Shown: positions 8,228 to 18,011, counted from the first letter of the stretch. The stretch: 64,000 bases of DNA from Hydrogenophaga sp. (GCA_030696525.1 JAUYSB010000187.1:290-64289); one strand, 5' to 3'. Numbers and translations: made by a program. Notes: generated by a model from the sequence alone, not told the origin.

Positions 8228-10279
8228 ATGCAGTTTCTTCGTAAATACAGCACCCAGCTCCTTATTCTGTCGGCACTGTTGACCCTTGCAAGCGGCTCAT
8301 TGGGTTATTGGCTCAACCGCGGCAATGACACCGCAAACCGCAGTGTGGTGTTAGACGGACTCAATGCGTTCCTCAGCGCCTTCGGGCACTTGGCCTTGGG
8401 TGGTTTTGACAAACCCGGACCAGATAACGGTGAGTTCAACCACGCTCAACTGTCTCTTTTAATCAGCAGGCTGGCTGGCTTGGCTTTCGTATTTTTTGGG
8501 GCGGAAAGACTGCTCCGCACGCTCAGTGCGAACTACGCACATTTACTTTTTAGTTTACGAATCTTAGGCTCGCAGCCATTGTATGTGGTCATAGGCATGG
8601 GCTGGTATGGCCGCACATTTATCGCCAATTTTGACCAATCAGAACAGGCCAACGCAAACCCCAAGATGGGCGCTACGAGGGCAAGAGCAACACCGAAAAA
8701 TACTCTGTTTATCGACGTTGCACCATCTGATACGGCGATCCAAGAATGTGAGCAAAAAAAAATAATTTGGAGACAAGCGACGGGAACATCATCCAAGTTT
8801 CTGTCTTCGATCCCGTGGCATCGTGTGAAAAAGCTCTTTGTCGTCACAGGGTCAGATCTGGAAAATTCCCACGTTGTGCGGATGGTCAATGAGCAAATAA
8901 ATAAAGAGCATCCATGGACTGGGCGCCAAAAGGATGACCCTTTACGTTGTGTGGTACCCGTTGAATCACCGGTGGCTTTTGAAGCCATGATTTCAGGCAG
9001 CCGATCAACAACATCATCCATCGAGCTTTGTACTTTTAACATTTACAACACCACAGCGCGGATGCTGTTGGAAAACCAAGTCGCGGCACGAACTTTTAAA
9101 CAGAACATTCATTCTCGTCTGGTGCTTATCGGACAAGGAAATATGGCAAAAGCCTTGCTAGAGCAGTGGCTGGTAACACAGATTTTTGAGTTCAAAGTCA
9201 ACTCTTGCATTGACGTGGTACATCCAGATCCAGATTCTGCGATCTTCGAATTTTGTGAGAGCTATCCTTGCTATACCCACAACCCCTGCGATGAGCCTTC
9301 ATCGAAAAACACGCTACGCACTGCCTCTCCTGACTCAGTCTGGGTCACAGAGAAAATCTTGCCAATTGTGAAATTTCACAAACTGCCAAGTGCGATCAGT
9401 GGTCCGATAGAGTGGGCAGAATCACATCTTTCAAAAGAAGACCAATTTTCAAGATGTACAACCATGGCGGTTGTTTTTGACGATTTGGCAACAAGCATAC
9501 AAGTTGCAAAAACCCTGCGGACAGCCATTCAAAGACAATACCCCCTTCGCGAAGAAGGCGCTGGCCTTTTGTGGTGGGTCTACCTCAACACTCAAGAGGC
9601 TGCACTCAGTAAGAGCCTGCGCGACCACTTGGACTTGCGAAATCCGGGTGAAGGACTCGATGTCGGATTCCAAGATTTTCTTGGAAAGTGTTCGATTGAC
9701 AGCATCTCTGACGACCACATTGAACGCGCAGGCATGGCTGTCCACCGTGTTTACAACCGTGAGCCGCAATTGACTCCTGAGACCTTGTGGTTCTCGGGCG
9801 ACTTGGTAGCCGAAAATCCAATTTCTCCACCGAGCCCTTGGGACAAAGAGTCCAGTCGACTCTGTGGCTTGCACACCTGGGTGAAAGAAAGCATCATCGA
9901 AAGGCTGAGTTCGAACGACCAAGGCCACAAGAACAAGCAAAAAAAGGTGGCAGGCACAATCATTAGAGAACTGGCCAAAATCGAGCACCGGCGCTGGTGC
10001 GCCGTTCACTTGTTGCGTGGCTGGCGCCCGCTTCTGCCACTTGAGAATGGTGCCATCCCAGACTCAGCATACGCTGTCGTACGTGAGTGGTACACGCCCG
10101 CTGGTAAGCGGTCCTATCGTTCTCAATACAAGCATCTTTGTTTGATGCCCTATGAATCGCTAAAAGGTTTGAACCGGGTTATTGAGGGAAAGGGCTCTGC
10201 AGAGCAGCGCAAGGACAGAAGAATTGTTCTTTCGACACGTCGGATCATTGCCTATGCAGAGGGTCCGGGCATCAGCTAA
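8228..10279 (+). CDS. Putative ligand-gated channel: 2TM + two RCK/TrkA-N-like Rossmann domains + C-terminal RyR (ryanodine-receptor repeat) domain
   Basis: TM-helix-TM N-terminus; VVIGMGWYG (GxGxxG); LVLIGQGNMA; RyR signature LAKIEHRRW...GW...KHLCLMPYESL...KDR. Confidence 0.75.
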   Translation: MQFLRKYSTQLLILSALLTLASGSLGYWLNRGNDTANRSVVLDGLNAFLSAFGHLALGGFDKPGPDNGEFNHAQLSLLISRLAGLAFVFFGAERLLRTLSANYAHLLFSLRILGSQPLYVVIGMGWYGRTFIANFDQSEQANANPKMGATRARATPKNTLFIDVAPSDTAIQECEQKKIIWRQATGTSSKFLSSIPWHRVKKLFVVTGSDLENSHVVRMVNEQINKEHPWTGRQKDDPLRCVVPVESPVAFEAMISGSRSTTSSIELCTFNIYNTTARMLLENQVAARTFKQNIHSRLVLIGQGNMAKALLEQWLVTQIFEFKVNSCIDVVHPDPDSAIFEFCESYPCYTHNPCDEPSSKNTLRTASPDSVWVTEKILPIVKFHKLPSAISGPIEWAESHLSKEDQFSRCTTMAVVFDDLATSIQVAKTLRTAIQRQYPLREEGAGLLWWVYLNTQEAALSKSLRDHLDLRNPGEGLDVGFQDFLGKCSIDSISDDHIERAGMAVHRVYNREPQLTPETLWFSGDLVAENPISPPSPWDKESSRLCGLHTWVKESIIERLSSNDQGHKNKQKKVAGTIIRELAKIEHRRWCAVHLLRGWRPLLPLENGAIPDSAYAVVREWYTPAGKRSYRSQYKHLCLMPYESLKGLNRVIEGKGSAEQRKDRRIVLSTRRIIAYAEGPGIS

Positions 10280-10305
10280 CCACCCTATTTTTAGACGTCT
10301 AGAAA

Positions 10306-11880
10306 ATGAAAAAGTCTGTATTCATATCCCATGCAAGCAAGAATTTCAAGCTCGCCGATTCATTTCGAGCATGGCTGGAAGAGAAGGGCGTTTCATGCTG
10401 GATTGCCCCGCGTGACATTCCGAAAGGCGGCCAATACGGCGCATCCATCGTCGACGCGATCAAAGACTGCTCTGTTTTTTTATTGATCTTGACCAAGGAG
10501 TCAAACATCTCGGCAGCTGTGGCAAACGAGGTTGAGCGCGCATTTTCATACCAAAAAACGATTGTTCCAGTTCGGGTTGATGATATTCGTCCCCAGAAGG
10601 AAATAGAGTTTTTCGTTTCCAACGCGCAGTGGATGGATGCTATTCATACACCATTGAAAAGTCGAACCGATGAAATTGCGCAGATTGTTCATGCCATCGA
10701 AATGGGGGCTGCGGCACCTAAACCCAAAGAAGAGGTTGTGACCGCATGGTCCCGCGTTGATCGTTGGCTTGAGTCGGCATTCCGCCACAAGGCGCTTACT
10801 TTTGCTGTTATATTTTTGCTATTGATGACTGCGTCATTTGCTGCATTATATGTACAAGCTGATTCGGCAAAAAATATCGCCACCATCAAAGATGGCGTGT
10901 CCAGCATCGAGGTCAAAACTGATTCTATCGACACCACCGTCAAGGATTTGCACCGAATGGAGAAGGATGCGGAGGCAGAATACAAAAAGCAAATGGAACA
11001 GATCGAATTGCTGCCCAACCGTGTGGGTGGTGTCAACATCGATTCAACTCAAAATATCGGCAATGACATTTTGTTGCTGCGTGTTTCGGCAGCACCCGAG
11101 CCTCCCAGAAACTGGAAGGGGGTGAGTGTGACACTGAAATCCGGATCAACTCAGCATTTCATTGATTTGACACAGGAGTTTTCCGCCAAAAACGAACCAA
11201 CGAGGCGGGAAGTTGCTGTTCACATCAAAGGCAAACCAACCGATCTGATGGTTTGTTTTAGGCTTTTCGACACTCACAGAAATCGAGAGATTATTTTGAC
11301 CCGCAGCTTTCAGGTAACACACGGCTCCAGCAGCCAAGGTGCTCAGTTGCAAGCCGCCAACGAGTTGGCTGTCATTGAAACTGCAAAATTTTCCGAAATT
11401 TGTGGCGATGCGGAGAAATTTCCCAACCGCGCCCATCAATTGACTGGCGAAGAGGCGCCACACCTGTTCTTTTCAACCTATTTGATCATCCCCCCAGAAA
11501 AGTTCAGCAATAGTTCAAAATGGATTTATGCCTTAAAAAATGGTGCCTTTCACCCAACAATTGCACAAGCTCTGAGTGAACGCAAGCTCACCATGCGACT
11601 TACTGCGTACAACGGTAATAAAAAGCGGTTGTCTGCCAATATTGCCGACGATATCGAGCAGTCTGGTGGTGCGTTCAGACTACGTACCGATGTCATGGGT
11701 GAGCTTGTCCTTTTTTGCATGGCCGGGCCAAATATTGTGGATGTAACCAAAAAGTCCTACTTTATCCAGCCATTTAATTTCAGGACTGAGAACAACGGCA
11801 AGGTTTGGAAGGCGATTGAAACCACCAAAACAGAAGCGAAGTTTGTTTCAGAAGCTGAGTTTTCGGAAATGTGCATGTGA
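10306..11880 (+). CDS. TIR-domain protein with one TM and an extracytoplasmic C-terminal region
   Basis: VFISHAS...CWIAPRDIPKG...VANEVERA (TIR_2 with putative catalytic Glu); TM ALTFAVIFLLLMTASFAALYV. Confidence 0.88.
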   Translation: MKKSVFISHASKNFKLADSFRAWLEEKGVSCWIAPRDIPKGGQYGASIVDAIKDCSVFLLILTKESNISAAVANEVERAFSYQKTIVPVRVDDIRPQKEIEFFVSNAQWMDAIHTPLKSRTDEIAQIVHAIEMGAAAPKPKEEVVTAWSRVDRWLESAFRHKALTFAVIFLLLMTASFAALYVQADSAKNIATIKDGVSSIEVKTDSIDTTVKDLHRMEKDAEAEYKKQMEQIELLPNRVGGVNIDSTQNIGNDILLLRVSAAPEPPRNWKGVSVTLKSGSTQHFIDLTQEFSAKNEPTRREVAVHIKGKPTDLMVCFRLFDTHRNREIILTRSFQVTHGSSSQGAQLQAANELAVIETAKFSEICGDAEKFPNRAHQLTGEEAPHLFFSTYLIIPPEKFSNSSKWIYALKNGAFHPTIAQALSERKLTMRLTAYNGNKKRLSANIADDIEQSGGAFRLRTDVMGELVLFCMAGPNIVDVTKKSYFIQPFNFRTENNGKVWKAIETTKTEAKFVSEAEFSEMCM

Positions 11881-11943
11881 TTTTTGATTCGTTCATCGTG
11901 AACATATTTTCATGCGATCAAGTTCAAGCACCTAAGTTTTTGA

Positions 11944-13107
11944 ATGAATACAACTGCAACGCGTCCATTCAGTACCGAGCAATACCGAGCACCACAGCCA
12001 CAAAAGCGCCTACTAGCCATCGATGGCGGCGGCATGCGGGGCATGTTTGCGCTCAAGGTGCTGGGCAGGATCGAACAACTGCTGCGCGAGAAGCACCAGA
12101 ATGATCAGCTGGTGCTGAGCGAGTTTTTTGACTACGTGGCGGGCACCAGTACAGGCGGCATCATCGCCACTGGCATTTCACTTGGCCTGTCGATCCAGGA
12201 GTTGGAAGCCTTTTATCAGTTTCAAGCGCCATTGATGTTTCGCAAGACGAGCAACATCGTGAAGCGCATTTTTTACTCCAAATACGACTACGAGCCCCTG
12301 ACTGCCAAAATCAAGGAGATCGTAGGCGCCAAGACAGAGTTAGGTGACTCCAGGCTCAAGACATTGTTAATGTTGGTGCTGATGAATGCCAGCACCGCTT
12401 CACCGTGGCCTGTGTCCAGCAACCCGCGGGCTATGTACAACGACACCGCATTGGGTGAGCATTCCAATTTGAAGTTGCCCTTGTGGCAACTGGTGCGGGC
12501 CACCACCGCAGCGCCTTACTTTTTTGAACCCGAGATCATCAATATCGGAGATAAGCGTTTTGTCTTTTACGACGGCGCCCTCACCTCGCTGAACAACCCC
12601 GCCTTCAAGCTTTTGCAGATGGCCACTTCGCCCGCCTACCGCTTGGGCTGGCCCACGGGCAAGGAAAACATCCTTCTGGTGTCCGTGGGCACCGGGCTGG
12701 TGCCGCGCGAAGTTAAGCACATCCGACTACGTGACAAACAGTTTGGCAGCTTGCTGCTGAACTCGATGGAAGCGCTGATGTATTCAGCATCGACCGAAAC
12801 CGATCTGCTGTGCCGCTCTGTATCGCATGTGGTGGCCGGCGAACCGGTGGACAGCGAGGTGGGCGATTTCATTGCCACCCCCGCCATCGGCAACACACCG
12901 CTGTGCACCTATGCCCGCTTCAATGCGGTGCTCAATCCCCGCGGGCTTGCGCGTTACGGTTGTGAAGACTTGCTCAAGCGGACCCAATTTGCGCTGGACG
13001 ACACCGCGTCGATCGAAGCCTGCGCCATGCTGGGCACGGCGGTGGCCCAAGCTCAAGTACAGCCCGCCTTGTTTAATGGGTTCGGATTGCGCCCCCCAGC
13101 CAGTTGA
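11944..13107 (+). CDS. Patatin-like phospholipase
   Basis: IDGGGMRG oxyanion loop, GTSTG nucleophile, TAAPYFF, catalytic DGA. Confidence 0.92.
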   Translation: MNTTATRPFSTEQYRAPQPQKRLLAIDGGGMRGMFALKVLGRIEQLLREKHQNDQLVLSEFFDYVAGTSTGGIIATGISLGLSIQELEAFYQFQAPLMFRKTSNIVKRIFYSKYDYEPLTAKIKEIVGAKTELGDSRLKTLLMLVLMNASTASPWPVSSNPRAMYNDTALGEHSNLKLPLWQLVRATTAAPYFFEPEIINIGDKRFVFYDGALTSLNNPAFKLLQMATSPAYRLGWPTGKENILLVSVGTGLVPREVKHIRLRDKQFGSLLLNSMEALMYSASTETDLLCRSVSHVVAGEPVDSEVGDFIATPAIGNTPLCTYARFNAVLNPRGLARYGCEDLLKRTQFALDDTASIEACAMLGTAVAQAQVQPALFNGFGLRPPAS

Positions 13108-13174
13108 ATCGCAACGCTGTGCTTTCGAGCCACCTTGGAACGCAGTCGTTTGGCCTCTCGCCTTCACCAAAACC

Positions 13175-16100
13175 ATGAAAATCTTTTTCAGTTACCCGCA
13201 CGACGACAACTCTGAGCTGGTCAAGCGGCTCAAGGTGGATCTGAAAAACCGCGGGCACGAAGTCTGGTTTGATGCAGAGAAGATCAAGGAGGGCGACGAG
13301 TGGCGCGCTCGCATCACCCAAGGGATCCTTGACAGCCAGCAAGTTGTCGCTTTCCTGTCCAAACACTCGGTCCGCGATCCGGGTGTCTGCCTGAATGAAA
13401 TCGCCATTGCGCTGGCCGACAAGGGCGAGGCGATGGTCACCGTGCTGGTCGAACCCGAACATGAGGTCCAGGCCCCGGTCTCCATCACCCACATCCAGTG
13501 GTTGCGCATGGAGCAGTGGGAACAAAAGCTCCTGGAGGACGATGGCTGGTACCGCAGTCAGCTCGACAAGCTCGTTCAAGCCATTGAGAACCCCAGCAAT
13601 GCGGGGCGGCACGAGGAGTTGGAAACCTTGCGCCTGGCGCTCGACCCCATGAGCTTCTATGCCGAGATGGCGCCACACATTCCCAACTTTACCGGGCGAC
13701 AGTGGATCATCGACCGCTACCGGAATTGGTTGGCCGAAGACGCCAAAAGCCGGGTGCTGCGCATTGAGGGCGGCCCCGGCTTGGGCAAGACCGCCGTCGC
13801 CAGCTATCTGGCTCACAGCACCAAGAGCAGCGTGCTGGCCGCGCACCTTTGTCAGTACAACAAGGGCGAGAGCCGCAACCCCTTGCGCTTTGTGCGCACC
13901 CTGGCCTACCAACTGGCCACGCGGTTGCCCGACTACCGGGTCCGACTGCTCAAAACGGTGGCCATTCAGCGGCCCGAGACCATGCAGGGCAAAGATGCTG
14001 CCTCGTTGTGGAGCGACCTCATCAGCAGCCCGCTGGCAGGCAGCGGCGACAGGGGCGTGATCGATCGTCAGCGCTTGGCCATCATCGTGGACGGACTGGA
14101 CGAAGCCACCGTCGATGGCAAGAACCCCATCGTTGAACTGCTGGCCAGCGAAATCAACCAACTTCCCAAGTGGATAGGCGTGGTCCTGACCGGCCGGCCC
14201 GATCCGGAACTCACCCAGCGCCTGGCGCGCTTTCAGCCGCTGGTGCTGCGTGACGATGATCCTGCCAACCTTGCCGACCTCAAGGACTACTGCGATAAGT
14301 GGCTCGCTGACGAAGTCAAGAGTGACAGGCTCACCCAGGCCCAGGCCACCGCTGCCAGCCAGACCCTGCTCAAGGACAGCCGTGGTGCGTTCCTGTACCT
14401 TCGCCACGCACGCATTGCCGTGGCGGAAGGCATGCTCGACCTGACGAAGCCCGACAGCTTCCCCTCGGGCCTGACCGGGATCTACCAGCGCTTCTTTGAG
14501 CGCCGCTTCCCCGATGCGTGGGACGATACTGGGACCTACAAACACAAGGTGCGCCCGTTTCTGGCGTTGGTGCTCGCAAGCCCGGAGCCCTTGCCACTGC
14601 CCTTGGCCGCCCGCATCCTGCAATGGGGCGAGTACGACGCCAGCAGCCTGCTGCGCAGCTTGGGCAGCCTCGTCAAACATACCAAGGGCAGTAGAGGCAC
14701 TCCGGAAAGCGAGGACGAAGAATTCGTGGCGCCATTTCACTACAGCGTGCGCGAATGGCTGCGAAACCCAGACGCCGCAGGAGATTTCTACGTGGGCATC
14801 CAAAGCGCCAGATTTAAGCTCACCGCGGCGGTGTGGCAACGCTACCTGGAGAGTGGTGAACAAGACGCGTATGCCTGGGCGGTGTTGCCCGATTTGCTGG
14901 CGTCACTGACGCAGGCCGACCAAGACCACTTGTTTGGCGAGCCCCGCTGGGATACGAGCCAAGTGCTTTATCGGCTCGCCAAGAGCCAGGCGCCCAAAAT
15001 GCGGCTCAAAGACGCGGAATTGGCTTGGAAAACGCAAATCAGGCAGAGCGAGCGGCTGGCGGCCGCTGCGCCGGAAAACACCGAATACCTGCGTGATCTG
15101 GCATTCAGTCACACCATGCTGGGTGACATTGTGGTGTTGTTCGGCAATCCAGAGAGAGCGAGACAACACTTTCGCGATGGACTTGCGATCGCAGATCGGT
15201 TGACGGCCGCCTCTCCAGAAAACGCAGACTTTGCACGCGTTCACGCCATCGTCTATGAGCGACTGGGTGACACGGAAATGACACTGGGTCAAGTGCGCGG
15301 GGCGCAGGCTTACTACCAGCGTTCACTAGAGATGCATGAGCGCGAGTACGCACTGTCACCGGAAAATGCCACAGACTCGCCCGACCTGTGCATAAGCTAT
15401 CTCAAGTTGGGCGACAGTGAGGTTAGGCTCGGCCACCCTGATAACGCACAAGCGTACTTTCTGCGAGGGCTTGCTGTAGCAGAACGACTGACTGCCACGT
15501 CATCTGACAATAAAGAGTTCCTGCGCCCACATGCGCTCGCTTACGAGCGGTTGGGTGATACGGAAATGACGCTGGGGAACCTGGACAAGGCGCAGGCGAA
15601 TTACCGGCTTTCACTTGACCTACGCCAGCGTCTCTACGTTTTGGAACCGAAGAACGCCGATTTCTCGCGCGACCTGTGCGTAGCCTATCTCAAGTTGGTC
15701 GACAGTGAAATCAGGCTCGGCCAACCACACACGGCACAAGAGTACTTTCTCAGAATGCTTGAAATCGCGGAGCGGTTGTCCGCAGCCTCTGCAGAAAGCA
15801 CATTGTTTTTGCGCGACCATTCAGTTGCTTACGAGCGGTTGGGTGATGTGGAAATGATGCTTGGAGACCTGCATCAGGCGAAAGCACATTACCAATGTTC
15901 ACTCGAGATACATGAACGGCTGTACGCTTTAGCACAGGCGAACGCCGAGTTCACACGCGACCTCGTCGTGTGCCACATCAAGCTGGGCGACGTTGACATC
16001 AGGCTCGCTCAACCAGAGCAGGCAAAAGCCCACTTTTTACAAGGACTTGTGATTGCAGAGCGACTGGTCACGGCGTCCCCGGAGAACACACTCTTTCTTG

Positions 16101-17332
16101 GCGATCTGAAGACAGTCCACAACAGGTTGGGTGACTTTGAAGCGGGGCAAGGGCAGCCGCAAGGTGCAGTGGTGCATTACCAAGATGCTCTGTCAATTGC
16201 GGAGACACTGGCAACCAATGCGCCAGAAAATCTTGAGTACGTGCGTGATCTGTGGTTCTGTCACGACCGCATTGGGAGTACATTGTTGCGCTTGGATGAA
16301 CCTACCCGAACTCATGGGCACTTCGTTCAAGGGCTGGCTCAACTTGAGAAACTTGTTGCGGCTGCACCTCAAAATCAGATATACGCCCGCGATCTGGAGG
16401 TCGCCCTCAATAAGTTGGGCGATTTTGAAGTTGGGCAAGGGCAACCGCAGCAGGCACTGGCACATTACCGAGATGCTCTGCCGATCGCAGAGGGTCTGAC
16501 AACAGCTGCGCCAGAAAGTCTTGAGTACGTGCGTGATCTGTGGTTCTGCCACGACCGCATTGGGAGTACATTGTTGGGCTTGGGTGAAGCTACCAGAGCT
16601 CATGAGCACTTCGCTCAAGGACTGAGTCAACTTGAAAAAATTGTTGCGGCTGCACCGCACAATCAGAACCATGCCCGTAATCTAAAGCTCGCCCTTAACA
16701 AATTGGGGGACTTTGAACTTGGGCGAGGGAAACCTCAGCAGGCGCTGGCGTATTACCGAGAAGCTCTGGCGATTGCGGAGAGCCTGGCAGCAGTTGCGCC
16801 TGAAAACCTTGAATTCTCGCTTGATCTGTCTCTCAGCTACTTCAAGCTGTTCGAGATTGAAGATGCGGAGGGGCAAATCCAACAGGCGCTTGATTACCAT
16901 TGGAAGAGTTTGGCGATATCTGAGCAGCTTGTTGCCGCCTCGCCCAACAACACTCAGTTTGCCAGCCTACTGTGTTCCGTTTACCTCAGATCAGGCCTCA
17001 TCGAGGAAGCGCTGGGGCAACCACAAAAGGCACAGACATATTACCTCAAGGCTCTCTCGATCACAGAAAGGCTGATCGCCATTGCGCCCGAAAGTACCCA
17101 GATCACACATTCAATTTCCTTCATTTATTTCCAGTTGGGCTCTACCGAGGAGGCGCTGGGTCAACCACAAGAGGCGCGCGCACATTACCTCAAGGGGCTG
17201 GCCATCACCGAGCGGCTGACCAAAGCCGAACCTGAAAATACCAACTTTCAACAGTTTTTGAAAGATTTTCAGACGAGCATTAGATCTTTGGATAGGCACT
17301 ATGCATCCCACCGACATTGTCAAAGCTCATAA
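13175..17332 (+). CDS. TIR-NACHT(STAND)-TPR NLR-like protein
   Basis: Start at MKIFFSYPHDD; TIR with CLNEI; Walker A GGPGLGKT; Walker B IIVDGLDE; FHYSVREWL; C-terminal 48-aa helical repeats. Confidence 0.9.
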   Translation: MKIFFSYPHDDNSELVKRLKVDLKNRGHEVWFDAEKIKEGDEWRARITQGILDSQQVVAFLSKHSVRDPGVCLNEIAIALADKGEAMVTVLVEPEHEVQAPVSITHIQWLRMEQWEQKLLEDDGWYRSQLDKLVQAIENPSNAGRHEELETLRLALDPMSFYAEMAPHIPNFTGRQWIIDRYRNWLAEDAKSRVLRIEGGPGLGKTAVASYLAHSTKSSVLAAHLCQYNKGESRNPLRFVRTLAYQLATRLPDYRVRLLKTVAIQRPETMQGKDAASLWSDLISSPLAGSGDRGVIDRQRLAIIVDGLDEATVDGKNPIVELLASEINQLPKWIGVVLTGRPDPELTQRLARFQPLVLRDDDPANLADLKDYCDKWLADEVKSDRLTQAQATAASQTLLKDSRGAFLYLRHARIAVAEGMLDLTKPDSFPSGLTGIYQRFFERRFPDAWDDTGTYKHKVRPFLALVLASPEPLPLPLAARILQWGEYDASSLLRSLGSLVKHTKGSRGTPESEDEEFVAPFHYSVREWLRNPDAAGDFYVGIQSARFKLTAAVWQRYLESGEQDAYAWAVLPDLLASLTQADQDHLFGEPRWDTSQVLYRLAKSQAPKMRLKDAELAWKTQIRQSERLAAAAPENTEYLRDLAFSHTMLGDIVVLFGNPERARQHFRDGLAIADRLTAASPENADFARVHAIVYERLGDTEMTLGQVRGAQAYYQRSLEMHEREYALSPENATDSPDLCISYLKLGDSEVRLGHPDNAQAYFLRGLAVAERLTATSSDNKEFLRPHALAYERLGDTEMTLGNLDKAQANYRLSLDLRQRLYVLEPKNADFSRDLCVAYLKLVDSEIRLGQPHTAQEYFLRMLEIAERLSAASAESTLFLRDHSVAYERLGDVEMMLGDLHQAKAHYQCSLEIHERLYALAQANAEFTRDLVVCHIKLGDVDIRLAQPEQAKAHFLQGLVIAERLVTASPENTLFLGDLKTVHNRLGDFEAGQGQPQGAVVHYQDALSIAETLATNAPENLEYVRDLWFCHDRIGSTLLRLDEPTRTHGHFVQGLAQLEKLVAAAPQNQIYARDLEVALNKLGDFEVGQGQPQQALAHYRDALPIAEGLTTAAPESLEYVRDLWFCHDRIGSTLLGLGEATRAHEHFAQGLSQLEKIVAAAPHNQNHARNLKLALNKLGDFELGRGKPQQALAYYREALAIAESLAAVAPENLEFSLDLSLSYFKLFEIEDAEGQIQQALDYHWKSLAISEQLVAASPNNTQFASLLCSVYLRSGLIEEALGQPQKAQTYYLKALSITERLIAIAPESTQITHSISFIYFQLGSTEEALGQPQEARAHYLKGLAITERLTKAEPENTNFQQFLKDFQTSIRSLDRHYASHRHCQSS
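15071..17230 (+). repeat. 15 tandem 144-bp (48-aa) TPR-like coding repeats
   Basis: Units start PEN/PQN at an exact 144-bp period from 15071 to 17231; near-identical DNA at 16232 and 16520 (288 bp apart). Confidence 0.9.
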
Positions 17333-17417
17333 GTGTTTCACGAAAAACATAGAGTGTATGCATCGCGCTACTCCGGCGATATGCAGCATTTTAAAGCAGC
17401 CCAAAGGGAAAATATTT

Positions 17418-18011
17418 ATGCTTAAGCGCTCAATATCGGTTTTTATTTTCGGGATATTTTGTATTTTCGGCTCGATAGCCGCGCAAGACCTCGTTGTGCC
17501 GGCGAATCTTCAAGGCAACTACCAAGGCAAGCTGTTTTTGATGGAGGGCTTGAAGCATTGGGAACCAAGAGGTAACAATGTTACTTTTTACACTTATCTC
17601 AAGGTAGATGTTGATGCAGATGGTCGCATTGACGGCGCCGTGACTTACCGCTGCGGAGTGAATGGCTCAGAGATCCACTGCCCCGAATCGCTCGTACTGA
17701 ATACAATTGAAGGCTGCACTGTGAGCGGGCAGATTCAGACACGAAAAGCCGAGGGGGAAAATATTTACTTTCAAGGTACGGGCAGCTTGGCCGGCTGCGC
17801 GGATGCGCGTGCAAACTTTTCGAATGGTATGGTCCGCGGCTACATCAAGGGTGTAAGAGATGCCTCCGTTTTGACACTGGCCTTCTCTTCGAAAAAATTC
17901 GATCCGACGCAGCCTGGCAATCGAGTGGTGATTCAGTCAGTTGAAATTTGGAAAAGTTTGAATGGGCAGCCACGCCAGGCAGGCAATCATTGGAGCTCAA
18001 ATCCGCGCTAA
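17418..18011 (+). CDS. Secreted hypothetical protein
   Basis: Signal peptide MLKRSISVFIFGIFCIFGSIAA; four Cys in the mature part; co-oriented after the NLR gene. Confidence 0.6.
   Translation: MLKRSISVFIFGIFCIFGSIAAQDLVVPANLQGNYQGKLFLMEGLKHWEPRGNNVTFYTYLKVDVDADGRIDGAVTYRCGVNGSEIHCPESLVLNTIEGCTVSGQIQTRKAEGENIYFQGTGSLAGCADARANFSNGMVRGYIKGVRDASVLTLAFSSKKFDPTQPGNRVVIQSVEIWKSLNGQPRQAGNHWSSNPR

Noticed and set aside
12827-13174. Upstream extension of the NLR ORF overlapping patatin (possible frameshift fusion)
   Set aside because: The TIR begins cleanly at ATG 13175, the extension has no domain-like features, and no slippery site was seen.
15071-17230. Periodic repeats as a CRISPR array
   Set aside because: They are in-frame coding repeats with no repeat-spacer structure, and there are no cas genes.
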